From the NCBI GenBank assembly GCA_964586515.1, contig CAZPGJ010000001.1, forward strand, positions 394,560-458,559: a stretch of 64,000 nt of DNA, read 5' to 3'. How positions within the stretch are numbered: position 1 is the first letter of the stretch; each line of letters opens with the position of its first letter. Source of the stretch: an uncultured Dehalococcoidales bacterium (lineage in GTDB: Bacteria; Chloroflexota; Dehalococcoidia; GIF9; AB-539-J10). Shown piece after piece: positions 55,468 to 64,000 of the stretch. The translations under genes were made by a program, and so were the position numbers. Under the pieces are notes generated by a model. It searched no databases. It worked only from the letters and a program-made list of their open reading frames with translations, and was not told the DNA's origin.

Positions 55468-55599
55468 TTATGTAGTGAGCCAGAACAAGGACTTGACGGA
55501 ATTGTGGCATATGTTATAATAATGGTGAAAATAGTGGGAAATGGTGCGAAATGGGTTCAACCCACATGACAATTGGATTAATGTGTAAGGGGAAATAAG

Positions 55600-55899
55600 A
55601 TGGCAACTATAATAAAAGATCAAAATCTAGTAAGAGTGGGCAAGCCCGTCACACCGGATTCCAGGAAGCGAGTGGTTTTGCCCAAAACAGTAGTGAAAGA
55701 AGGTATTACCTATTTTATATATCATAATAGCGTTGGGCAGATAGTACTAGATCCACAGGCAAGTATACCTGCTTCTGAGTTATGGGTATTTGAAAATAAA
55801 GACGTTTTAGCCTCGATTGATAAAGGCATACGTGAGTCACTAAATGGGAAAACAATAGACCGTGGCTCATTTGCAAAACACATAAATGACGCACCGTGA
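55600..55899 (+). CDS. antitoxin-like protein (AbrB/MazE-type fold?)
   Basis: 99 aa; LVRVGKPVTPDSRKRVVLPKTVVKEG; overlaps start of downstream RelE/ParE-like gene. Confidence 0.4.
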   Translation: MATIIKDQNLVRVGKPVTPDSRKRVVLPKTVVKEGITYFIYHNSVGQIVLDPQASIPASELWVFENKDVLASIDKGIRESLNGKTIDRGSFAKHINDAP

Positions 55900-56212
55900 G
55901 CTACGTTTTACGCTTGAAGCTGACAAGCAACTAACAATCATTGAGAATGACCCCTCCCTTAAGGATGTACAAAAACAAGTAAGGAAAACTCTAAGATATT
56001 TAGAAACAAATCTCCGCTCAAAATCCTTACAAACCCACGAGTATCAATCACTAACCAGGCGTTATGGCATTAAGGTTTTTGAGGCCTATGTTCAACAGAA
56101 TACGCCGGGGGCTTATAGAGTGTTTTGGCATTACGGGCCGGATGAAATAAGCAAAGACGGAAAGCGAATACCCATTATCACCATCATTGCTATAACGCCT
56201 CACCCCGATTGA
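55886..56212 (+). CDS. RelE/ParE-superfamily toxin
   Basis: 108 aa; ...AYRVFWHYGPDE...IPIITIIAITPH C-terminal pattern. Confidence 0.5.
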   Translation: MTHRELRFTLEADKQLTIIENDPSLKDVQKQVRKTLRYLETNLRSKSLQTHEYQSLTRRYGIKVFEAYVQQNTPGAYRVFWHYGPDEISKDGKRIPIITIIAITPHPD

Positions 56213-56456
56213 CTAATTCCCCACCCTGCCCCAGCAGCTTTCTTATCTATTTCACTCCGCTGCTTTGCCGTTGGCTTATTAGCCCTGGCCTTACTACCTT
56301 TCCGACCACTGCGGCCACTTGCCAAACCTTAATTGTTTTACTACCATATAATCAACAGCGCCAGGGTGAGCAGCCCTGGCCCGACAGTCTCTCTTGTGAA
56401 GGGAGGCTGTTTCTTTTTGAACTGATTCCGCCGCAATATTATGTCTCTTGACCACA

Positions 56457-56500
56457 TAATTCCGAGGACGCCATGCCGGTCAGGCTTACTGCGGATCACG
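56457..56500 (+). repeat. cassette-boundary repeat, copy 23 (truncated variant B) - last copy before argG
   Basis: cataattccgaggacgccatgccggtcaggcttactgcggatcacg; 5' flank cttgaccacataattcc shared with copy 3. Confidence 0.55.
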
Positions 56501-56581
56501 TGTTAAGCTCCTAGGAAATGACCGCAAGCAAATTCCCAGATTCTTCGGTCACTCCGCTCCCTCAGAATGACAAAGAGTGAA

Positions 56582-57790
56582 TTATCGTTTTTCGGGTGGT
56601 TCGGGCTGCACCCTGGCCTGGGTCCTCGCGGGTAAGCCCCAGATATGGATGAAGCCGGGGGAGGCACTCTGGTCGAAGGCATCGCCCTTATCGTAAGTAG
56701 CCAGGCTGTAGTCGTAAAGAGAGTAGGGCGACTTTCTACCCACTATCTGACAGTTACCTTTGAAGAGCTTTACCCTTATGGTGCCGGTGACGTACCTTTG
56801 TGTGCTTTTCACATAGGCGGCTAAGTCCCGGCGCATGCCTGTGAACCACAGCCCATTGTAGATGAGGTCGGCATACTCCGCGGCGACCCCGGCCTTGAAG
56901 CGGAGCTGCTCCTTGGTCAGCACCAGGCCTTCCAGGGCCTGATGGGCCTTCAGCAGGACCACGGCAGCCGGCGCCTCATAAATCTCCCTCGATTTTATGC
57001 CCACCAGCCTATTTTCCACGTGGTCAATCCGGCCTACGCCATGTTTCCCAGCCAGGCTATGGACCTTCTGGACAAGGGCAACAGGCCCTAGCTTTCGTCC
57101 ATCCAGGCTTACCGGTATCCCCTTCTCAAAGCCAATCTCCAGATAAGCAGGCCGGGCCGGTGTTTTTTCGGGCGACTTTGTCCACAGGAAGACATCCTCG
57201 GGTGGTTCGTTCCAGGTGTCTTCCAGCACGCCACATTCAATGCTCCGGCCCCACAGGTTCTCGTCAATGGAATAGGGGTTGGCTTTGGTGATGGGGACAG
57301 GAATCTTGTGGACCCGGGCATATTCAATCGTTTGCTCGCGGGTCATCTTCCATTCCCGGGCCGGGGCTATTACCTTTAGTTCGGGGGCGAGAGCGGCCAC
57401 GCTGACATCAATCCTGACCTGGTCATTGCCCTTGCCGGTGCAGCCGTGAGCGACCGCTTTCGCCCTTTCTTTCCTGGCTGCTTCCACCAGGAGTCGGGCG
57501 ATAAGAGGACGCCCCAGGGCTGTGGCTAAAGGATACTGCCCTTCATAAACGACATCGGCCTGGAGGGCGGGGAAAACATACGACTTAATAAAGGTCTCTT
57601 TGGCGTCGACTACCAGCGCTTTGACGGCTCCGACTTTGAGTGCTTTTTGTCTGATAGCCTCGAGGTCGGGGACGTTGCCTATATCCACGGTGAGGGTGAT
57701 GACCTTCGAGTTATATTTTTCCTCGAGCCATTTTATGGCCACGGATGTATCCAGGCCGCCGCTGTAGGCCAATACTACCTTTCCTGACAT
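56582..57790 (-). CDS. argG: argininosuccinate synthase
   Basis: PP-loop AYSGGLDTS; start set at MSGKVVLAYSGG. Confidence 0.9.
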   Translation of the reverse strand: MSGKVVLAYSGGLDTSVAIKWLEEKYNSKVITLTVDIGNVPDLEAIRQKALKVGAVKALVVDAKETFIKSYVFPALQADVVYEGQYPLATALGRPLIARLLVEAARKERAKAVAHGCTGKGNDQVRIDVSVAALAPELKVIAPAREWKMTREQTIEYARVHKIPVPITKANPYSIDENLWGRSIECGVLEDTWNEPPEDVFLWTKSPEKTPARPAYLEIGFEKGIPVSLDGRKLGPVALVQKVHSLAGKHGVGRIDHVENRLVGIKSREIYEAPAAVVLLKAHQALEGLVLTKEQLRFKAGVAAEYADLIYNGLWFTGMRRDLAAYVKSTQRYVTGTIRVKLFKGNCQIVGRKSPYSLYDYSLATYDKGDAFDQSASPGFIHIWGLPARTQARVQPEPPEKR

Positions 57791-57882
57791 TTCATAACCT
57801 CCTGCTTCATTAAATCCCAAATCATAATATCTAAATCCTAAACAAATTCAAATTTCAAATGTCCTAAATTCAAAACCTTCAA

Positions 57883-57916
57883 GATTGCTTCGTCGCTACG
57901 CTCCTTGCAATGACAG
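57883..57916 (+). repeat. solo right-end remnant of MITE
   Basis: gattgcttcgtcgctacgctccttgcaatgacag flanked by GATTT/TTTGA-rich tracts. Confidence 0.45.
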
Positions 57917-58007
57917 GAAGAGAGGGCTTCTAGCAAGGACATTGGTCCAAGTCTTTGTGTTTTGTTCATTGGGATTTTGGATTTTGGTATTGTTTAGCAT
58001 TTCGTAT

Positions 58008-59285
58008 TTAGTGCTTAGGATTTTGTATTTCTCCCAGCGCATCCTTCAAAATGACTACTGCCTTGTCCACCTCCTTTTCGGTGATGATAAGGGGCGGCAT
58101 AAAGCGCAGGGCATTCGGTTTCACTTTGTTGACCAGTAAGCCTCTATCAATACAAGCCAGTACCAACTTCTCGGCAATTTCCTGGTTAAATTCTAAAGCT
58201 ATGAGGAGTCCGCGCCCCCTCACCTCGGTGATAAAATCAAACTGCTGCCTGAGGCTTTCCAGCCTGGTCAGGAAATAATTTCCGACGCGTTTAACCTGTG
58301 CCGGTATGTTGTGGTCAATGATGTATTTCAAGGTGGCATGAGCGGCGGCACAGACCAGCGGGTTGCCACCAAAGGTAGAGCCGTGCTCGCCTGGAGAAAA
58401 AACGGAGACATTTTCTTTGGCTAAGAAAGCGCCGATGGGCACGCCGCTGCCCAGTCCCTTGGCCAGGGTCATTATGTCGGGCTCGACCCCATACTGTTCA
58501 TAGGCGAAGAGGGTTCCTGTCCGACCGATGCCCGTCTGGACTTCATCCAGAATAAAAAGGACTCCCTTTTCCCGGCACCAGCTTTGCACCTTCTTGAGAT
58601 AGTCATCGTCAGGTATGTTCACCCCGCCTTCTCCCTGGACTGGCTCCAGTATTACAGCACATGTTTGCTTAGTGGTTGCCCGCTTGACCGCCTCGACATT
58701 GTTATATTCAACATTGACAAAGCCGTCAGGCAGAGGAATGTAAGGCTCCTGAAACTTACTTTGTCCTGTGGCGGCAGTCATAGCCAGAGTCCGCCCATGA
58801 AAAGAACTATAGGTAGTAATGACCTCATAGGCGCCGTTAAGTCGAAGCTTTCCATATCTGCGAGCTAATTTCACTGCTCCTTCGTTAGCTTCAGCACCGC
58901 TGTTGCAGAAGAAGACTCTGTCCAGACAGCTATGCTCAATTAGAAGCTGTGCCAGCTCTATCTGCGGGATGGTATAAAACTGGTTGGATGCCTGGATCAG
59001 GGTTTTAGCTTGCTTTCCCAGAGCCTCGACTACCACTGGAGGACAATGCCCCAGGCTGTTTACTGCCCAGCCGCCGACAAAGTCAAGGTATTCTCGGCCC
59101 TGGTCATCCCAGGCCCAAGCCCCTTGACCGCGAACCAGAGTCACGGGGACCCTGGTGGTCGTTCTGAGAAATAACTTCTGTTCTAGCTCTGGCCAGTTAT
59201 TCTGAGACAATTGTTGTACCTCTTGATTTAGTTTGCCGAGCCTGTCCAGCGATGTCATGGAGTAAAGCATGGGGAATTTTACCAT
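58008..59285 (-). CDS. argD: acetylornithine aminotransferase
   Basis: 425 aa class III aminotransferase; PLP-lysine region DIMTLAKGLGSGVPIGA; true start may be MTSLD (59258). Confidence 0.85.
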   Translation of the reverse strand: MVKFPMLYSMTSLDRLGKLNQEVQQLSQNNWPELEQKLFLRTTTRVPVTLVRGQGAWAWDDQGREYLDFVGGWAVNSLGHCPPVVVEALGKQAKTLIQASNQFYTIPQIELAQLLIEHSCLDRVFFCNSGAEANEGAVKLARRYGKLRLNGAYEVITTYSSFHGRTLAMTAATGQSKFQEPYIPLPDGFVNVEYNNVEAVKRATTKQTCAVILEPVQGEGGVNIPDDDYLKKVQSWCREKGVLFILDEVQTGIGRTGTLFAYEQYGVEPDIMTLAKGLGSGVPIGAFLAKENVSVFSPGEHGSTFGGNPLVCAAAHATLKYIIDHNIPAQVKRVGNYFLTRLESLRQQFDFITEVRGRGLLIALEFNQEIAEKLVLACIDRGLLVNKVKPNALRFMPPLIITEKEVDKAVVILKDALGEIQNPKH

Positions 59286-59985
59286 CTATGATGCGCACGA
59301 CCTGCGCTGTAGTCAGAGCTCTGAGGCTGGCTTCTATTTTAGGAATCATGCCCCCTGAAGCTACTCCGGAGACGAGCATATCCCTGGCCTCAGCCAGGTT
59401 GAGTCTAGGGATTGCCTTCCCCGCCCCATCGTGAATACCGTCAACGTCGGTCAGGAATACGAGTTTTTCTGCAGCTAGTGCCGCGGCAATTTCCCCGGCC
59501 GCAGTATCCCCGTTAACGTTAAGCAGCATAACCTTGCCTTCAACGGAGCCGTAACTTACGGGCGCGACCACCGGCATATAGCCGGCATCCAGCAATAGTT
59601 TCAAGGGAGTGGTGTCAACGGCGACAATTTCGCCAACGTAGCCCAGCTCAGGGCTCTTGATACTCGCCCGGAGCAAGTTGCCGTCACAGCCACTTAAGCT
59701 GACCGCCTTTCCTCCCAGAGCCTGGATAGCCACTACCAATTCCTTATTGACCAGGCCACCCAACGCCGCAGCCACCACCTTCAAAGTTTCGGCATCGGTG
59801 ACCCTCAAGCCGTTTACAAAGCTGGTAGGAATGCCCAAACGGGCCAGCCACTCGGAGGTCACCTTGGCGCCGCCATGAACCACTACCAGGGACTTACCCT
59901 GTTTCTGAAGCTCGACCAGGTCTTCTAAGGTGGTATCGTGGTTGCCCAGGGTGCTGCCGCCAATCTTGATTACTATCGGTTTCAT
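59197..59985 (-). CDS. argB: acetylglutamate kinase
   Basis: 262 aa; VVKIGGS / VVHGGG amino-acid-kinase motifs. Confidence 0.9.
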   Translation of the reverse strand: MKPIVIKIGGSTLGNHDTTLEDLVELQKQGKSLVVVHGGAKVTSEWLARLGIPTSFVNGLRVTDAETLKVVAAALGGLVNKELVVAIQALGGKAVSLSGCDGNLLRASIKSPELGYVGEIVAVDTTPLKLLLDAGYMPVVAPVSYGSVEGKVMLLNVNGDTAAGEIAAALAAEKLVFLTDVDGIHDGAGKAIPRLNLAEARDMLVSGVASGGMIPKIEASLRALTTAQVVRIIDGKIPHALLHDIAGQARQTKSRGTTIVSE

Positions 59986-60055
59986 GCTTCTTCTGATCTT
60001 TTTTGTAGCTTCCTATCTAACGCCTACACTAAAGCAAGCCGTGTCTATCACCCCT

Positions 60056-62074
60056 CTACCTTCTGAACAGCCGAGTAAGCCATGAGCGCCGTTGTAGTGA
60101 CTGTCCTTCCAGCCATTCCTTGAATTCATTTGGGGTTTCAATGATCAAGGTATTGCCCCGTCGCTGGGATTTGACCGTTTGGGGAAGGTAAGCCTGATAT
60201 TCGCCAATTTCCCTAGGTTGCATATCCTTGGAGAATTCTATCAGCATGCGACCCTTTTCTGGAATGGTCTTTGCCTTTCCCCGGAGCTGATGCAAAATGT
60301 CGTACCAAGCGCGGCGGCCCGGGTCGTAGAGCCTCTCTATCGGTTCTTGGGGAAAGAATTCTGGCAAAGGGCGCTGTGCATGTTCATAAAGTTCCTTCAT
60401 GGCAACACGCGCCAACTGAAGCTCATCATCACTAACCAATTCAGAGTTCTTCAGGAGTTTCAAATAAAGATGGGAAAACCACCTGAAGATAAGGTTCTCT
60501 TCTGAGAAGAGTTTTGCTAGCTTCTGTTTACTGTGCTCATTTGGAGCAAATTGCACATCAAAATCTACGCGTTTCACCCGCGACTTAGCCCACTCTTGGA
60601 GCCGCGAACTGTTGGAAGTTATGATAATTTGAGGCGACACATAATCTTGTTTCCACCAAACTTCCCAGTAAGATTTAATTACGTTCTGAAAAATCACGCC
60701 CTGAGATACATCATCAAATACCAATGGAAATACAGTGCCAAGGTCAGTCGCCGCAAAGATCCGCTCCCTGATAAAATCCTTTCCAGAGAACGGTTGTATC
60801 ATGTGTCCTGTAAGAAGCTTGAGAGCAAAGCGTAAGAAGGTAGATTTACCGTTCTGGGAGGGGCCGTAAATATAAAGGAACCTTGGCCCTCGCTGGTCAA
60901 TTATACCGTATTTGGTTCTCTTGTTTTTCATGTATTCGTTCGCGAAGGGAGCAAAAAACATATATAGCAAGGCTTCAAACATGCTTGTCTTGGCAAACTT
61001 AGGGTCAGGTGATTGCCCGAAGTCTACTGTGTCCAGATAGTCCTCAATATGCTGGAGTCCTTGATCCACCAAAGCAGGCTCGGGCATGGCTTCACTAAGC
61101 GAGAGCACTGAGCCATTAATACCCAACCGTATCTCCTCCTGCTCTAAATCTACACGCATGAGTGGAAACCCATGATTCTCTTCTACGTAGCGGATAAAAA
61201 CGAAGTTATTCAAGCGCAGTTCATTGTGTGTCATCAAAGGTTGCAGTGGTTCCAGAAATTTGTCTATTTGTCTTTTAGCTGCTGGCGCTTTGGGCAATTG
61301 TACTGCAATGAGCGATTCCTCTCTCAGATTAGAGGATTGCAGTGCCTTTAGGGAAATTTCCTGGAGGGTCCTCTTTGCTTCCAGATTCTCTTCGTCGACA
61401 GAAGTTCCCTTAAGCCATGCCTCGATGACCTGTACTCTATCTAAATCTTTATGTTTGTCTAAGAGCTCTCTCAGATCGCCCATAAAAAGAAAACAGTCCT
61501 TGAGGTGTGATTGGTAATCCTGGCGCACTTTAAGAAGCAAAGGATCATCCACCGGGAGGTCTGCATACCAAGCGTAATTGATTTGGCGACTGGCTTGGCG
61601 TGCTGTCTCAGTGAAGTTGGCACTACTCACAATGACCCGATCAGAACTGTGCCCTTCCAAGATATATAATTTGGTGTGGATGATTCGTTCTTTAGGGATG
61701 AAGATACGTAGTATACCATCCTCCACCCTTTCCAACAGTCGTTCAGTAACTTCAATGCCCTTTCGTTCTAGATCCTGCTGGTATTGTTTAGAGAGATTTT
61801 CTCCCACAAGCACCTCAACTTCTGTATAGCCGCGCCTGTCGAAAAATTCCAGGAGCAGATCCGGGGAAACGACGTAAGAGATTGCCCAGAGCTTAGTGAA
61901 ACCTTCAAAAAGGTTCTCAAAGTTTTGCTTGCGGGAGATGACCACTGTGTGCAATGGAGGTATTGAATTGGAGGTAAAGAAGGGAATTTGTCTCATGTGC
62001 TGCTTAGAGTCTCCTCTAATGTCCGTCATCGCTACATTTCCCTTTGCGGCATTGCTGGTTTTTTTTCTTTCCAT
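60056..62074 (-). CDS. PLD-family nuclease domain fused to SF3/D5-like P-loop NTPase
   Basis: 672 aa; N-terminal HxK...SSAN motif (IIHTKLYILEG...VIVSSANFT); C-terminal Walker A YIYGPSQNGKSTFLRF and Walker B VFPLVFDDV resembling phage/plasmid primase-helicase C-domain. Confidence 0.5.
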   Translation of the reverse strand: MERKKTSNAAKGNVAMTDIRGDSKQHMRQIPFFTSNSIPPLHTVVISRKQNFENLFEGFTKLWAISYVVSPDLLLEFFDRRGYTEVEVLVGENLSKQYQQDLERKGIEVTERLLERVEDGILRIFIPKERIIHTKLYILEGHSSDRVIVSSANFTETARQASRQINYAWYADLPVDDPLLLKVRQDYQSHLKDCFLFMGDLRELLDKHKDLDRVQVIEAWLKGTSVDEENLEAKRTLQEISLKALQSSNLREESLIAVQLPKAPAAKRQIDKFLEPLQPLMTHNELRLNNFVFIRYVEENHGFPLMRVDLEQEEIRLGINGSVLSLSEAMPEPALVDQGLQHIEDYLDTVDFGQSPDPKFAKTSMFEALLYMFFAPFANEYMKNKRTKYGIIDQRGPRFLYIYGPSQNGKSTFLRFALKLLTGHMIQPFSGKDFIRERIFAATDLGTVFPLVFDDVSQGVIFQNVIKSYWEVWWKQDYVSPQIIITSNSSRLQEWAKSRVKRVDFDVQFAPNEHSKQKLAKLFSEENLIFRWFSHLYLKLLKNSELVSDDELQLARVAMKELYEHAQRPLPEFFPQEPIERLYDPGRRAWYDILHQLRGKAKTIPEKGRMLIEFSKDMQPREIGEYQAYLPQTVKSQRRGNTLIIETPNEFKEWLEGQSLQRRSWLTRLFRR

Positions 62075-62137
62075 AAACGTGGTGATGCAAAAAGTATATT
62101 AAAGAGGAACTTTGGCCTGCTCCATCTCTGCTCCTTC

Positions 62138-62365
62138 TTAAAGCAAGTTTAAGAACTGTTCAACAGTAAGCCCAGCATCCTCAAGTATGCCGTGGAGAGT
62201 CCCCTTTGGCAAATCCTTCGTGTGTAAAGGTACAACCACAAGATTGGGAACACCTTCTTTGTGCATAGAAACATGACTCCCCTTCTGACGATGAACCCTC
62301 CAGCCAGCCTTTTCCAAAGCTCTAATCACATCCCTTGGTGTAACGGCTGGCAATCGCTTACTCAT
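62138..62365 (-). CDS. hicA: HicA-family toxin
   Basis: 75 aa; PRDVIRALEKAGWRVHRQKGSHVSMHKEGVPNLVVVPLH. Confidence 0.7.
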   Translation of the reverse strand: MSKRLPAVTPRDVIRALEKAGWRVHRQKGSHVSMHKEGVPNLVVVPLHTKDLPKGTLHGILEDAGLTVEQFLNLL

Positions 62366-62589
62366 CCAACTTCCACGCTGATAACCTTTCTCTCTGGTAT
62401 CTTGATACCTAACTCTCTAGCACTCTCCAGCCAAAGCTCGATTGCCTCTTTGATTCTTTCCAGTGCTTCTTCCTTTGTAGCTCCATAGGAATGACAACCT
62501 TTCAAGAGAGGGCAGTAAACATGATACCCTCCCTCCTCTTCCAACTCTAAGATAACCTCAAAGTTTTGGACAATTCTTTTCTGCTTCAC
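62362..62589 (-). CDS. hicB: HicB-family antitoxin
   Basis: 75 aa; FEVILELEEEGGYHVYCPLLKGCHSYGATKEEALERIKEAIELWLE. Confidence 0.7.
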   Translation of the reverse strand: MKQKRIVQNFEVILELEEEGGYHVYCPLLKGCHSYGATKEEALERIKEAIELWLESARELGIKIPERKVISVEVG

Positions 62590-62611
62590 TTCTCACCTCC
62601 CAGAACTCAAA

Positions 62612-63811
62612 TCAGGTTGTATAGGTGCTGTTAATAGTAACATATTCTTCGGAGAGGTCACAGCCCCAGGCAGTGGCTTGGCCGTCTCCTAAATGCAGGC
62701 ATAGCCTTATGAGTACATTATCGCTGTTGCTCAAAGCCGATTTCATTTCCTCTCTGCTGAAGGAGGCGGGGCAGCCCTGCTTCATAACACAAACATCGTT
62801 CAAATAGACATCCAATCTGTCTTCTCTCACCCTGGCTCCGCTTCGCCCCAGGGCAGCAACGATGCGCCCCCAGTTAGGGTCGTTGCCATGGATGGCTGCT
62901 TTCACCAGCGGTGAACTAGCGATAGTTCGAGCCGCCTGGCGGGCCCCAGCCTGGTCTTCCGCCTCTTCTACTACAACTTCAATAAGTTTTGTGGCTCCCT
63001 CTCCATCCCGAGCCATGGACTTAGCCAGATGAGTGCAAACTGCATTTAAGGCTTCTTGAAAGGTGCCGCCATTATCAAAGTCAATAGGTTCGTTACCCAC
63101 TAAGCCATTGGCCAATAGAAATGCACAATCGTTGGGGCTGGTATCGCCATCAATACTTACCATGTTGAAAGAGCAGTCCACCGCCTTTTGTAATGCTACG
63201 CGCAGGAAATAAGCATTTACCACAGCATCGGTGGTGATAAAACAAAGCATCGTAGCCATGTTGGGATGAATCATACCTATCCCTTTAGCCACCCCACCAA
63301 TGGTGAACTTAGTTCCTTTTGAATCTACCTGGACGGCCATTTCCTTTGGTCTGATATCCGTGGTCATTATTGCCCGGCAAAAATCGTGACCACCTCCTCT
63401 GGTTGGCTTTATCTTAGGAATTCCAGCCCTGATTTTATCCATGGGCAAGGGCACGCCAATGATACCGGTACTGGCGACAAGGACTTCCTCAGGAGATATG
63501 TCTAGCTTGGCGGCTGTCAGGTTTGCCATTTCCAAGGCGTCTGCCAGTCCTTGCTCGCCTACGCAGGCATTGGCACAACCGGAATTTACCACTATAGCCT
63601 GCGCCCGTCCTTTTGCTATATGCTTCTGGGATAAAATAACTGGAGCGGATTTAATCTGGTTGGTAGTAAAAACGCCGGCAGCCGTGCAGGGCGCTTCGGA
63701 GCAAAGAATGGCTAAATCAGGCTCATCTTTACTCTTTATCCCAGCACACACCGCCCCAGCCAGGAATCCTGAAGCTGAGGTAACACTGCCCGAAGGAATT
63801 AAGTTAAACAT
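62612..63811 (-). CDS. argJ: glutamate N-acetyltransferase / amino-acid acetyltransferase (bifunctional ArgJ)
   Basis: GFLAGAVCAGIKS N-terminus, autoproteolytic ATML site (PNMATMLCFITTDA); start set at MFNLIP. Confidence 0.85.
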   Translation of the reverse strand: MFNLIPSGSVTSASGFLAGAVCAGIKSKDEPDLAILCSEAPCTAAGVFTTNQIKSAPVILSQKHIAKGRAQAIVVNSGCANACVGEQGLADALEMANLTAAKLDISPEEVLVASTGIIGVPLPMDKIRAGIPKIKPTRGGGHDFCRAIMTTDIRPKEMAVQVDSKGTKFTIGGVAKGIGMIHPNMATMLCFITTDAVVNAYFLRVALQKAVDCSFNMVSIDGDTSPNDCAFLLANGLVGNEPIDFDNGGTFQEALNAVCTHLAKSMARDGEGATKLIEVVVEEAEDQAGARQAARTIASSPLVKAAIHGNDPNWGRIVAALGRSGARVREDRLDVYLNDVCVMKQGCPASFSREEMKSALSNSDNVLIRLCLHLGDGQATAWGCDLSEEYVTINSTYTT

Positions 63812-64000
63812 AAGATTCAAATATAGCAGGAAATGGGGGCAACGTCTATTCCCAGCGACCTCGCAGCCCAGGCAACTCCTTTTCTGGATTGCTTCGTGGC
63901 TCAGGCTTGACCTACAGTTCAAGCCTGAAGTTGCTTTCGCCTACTATCCTGCTCAATTCTCCAGCTAATTCGGGGCAGTAATTTACTGTTATGTTGGGCA

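Noticed and set aside
56209-56451. 80-aa ORF between the RelE-like gene and argG
   Set aside because: Proline/leucine-rich low-complexity translation of a GC-rich spacer ending in the truncated boundary repeat. No start context or homology.

Overview
This 64 kb window is bacterial DNA from a probable anaerobe: gene density is high and it carries a rubrerythrin/desulforedoxin/thioredoxin-reductase redox cluster. The conserved backbone is an oxidative-stress operon (glutaredoxin-like, trxB, two rubrerythrin-like genes and an unannotated desulforedoxin ORF), followed by argS, recG, degV, a DAK2/YloV protein, rpmB, rpe and an arginine cluster (argH ... argG-argD-argB ... argJ). About 40 kb of accessory DNA (positions ~15.8-56.5 kb) sits inside that cluster between argH and argG. 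The stretch between argJ and argB holds a further hicBA pair and a PLD-nuclease/SF3-like NTPase fusion.

The island is a mosaic of short gene modules. It contains a Type II R-M pair, a ~900 aa single-chain Type IIG-like R-M enzyme, AbiEi/AbiEii, and at least eight toxin-antitoxin-like pairs (HicAB x3, MazEF x2, MNT-HEPN x2, a RelE/ParE-like pair). It also carries a DhlA-type haloalkane dehalogenase, a duplicated flavodoxin-like cassette, several DUF proteins and gene fragments. Most modules are bounded by copies of a ~65-nt hairpin-containing repeat (23 copies found, all in one orientation). The layout resembles an integron cassette array or a REP/MITE-rich plasticity zone, but no integrase lies in the window.

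Three further repeat families occur: a ~135-nt MITE with TGTCATTGCGAG terminal inverted repeats, a ~75-nt 'TTTTTAACAGGAGCA' element that bounds TA modules, and a GC-hairpin 'CCCCCTTAAGATAAGGGGG' element.

The points most worth following up are: a mutS2-linked eRF1/Pelota/Vms1-like (baeRF1) gene with a divergent GGSSQ loop, which may be a bacterial ribosome-quality-control module; a ~150-nt conserved noncoding element present in two copies, each with a sigma70-like promoter, a 5'/3' closing stem and a U-tail, read here as a candidate small RNA; a hypothetical-protein/PIN operon; and the PLD-NTPase fusion inside the arg operon. No rRNA, tRNA or CRISPR array was found.
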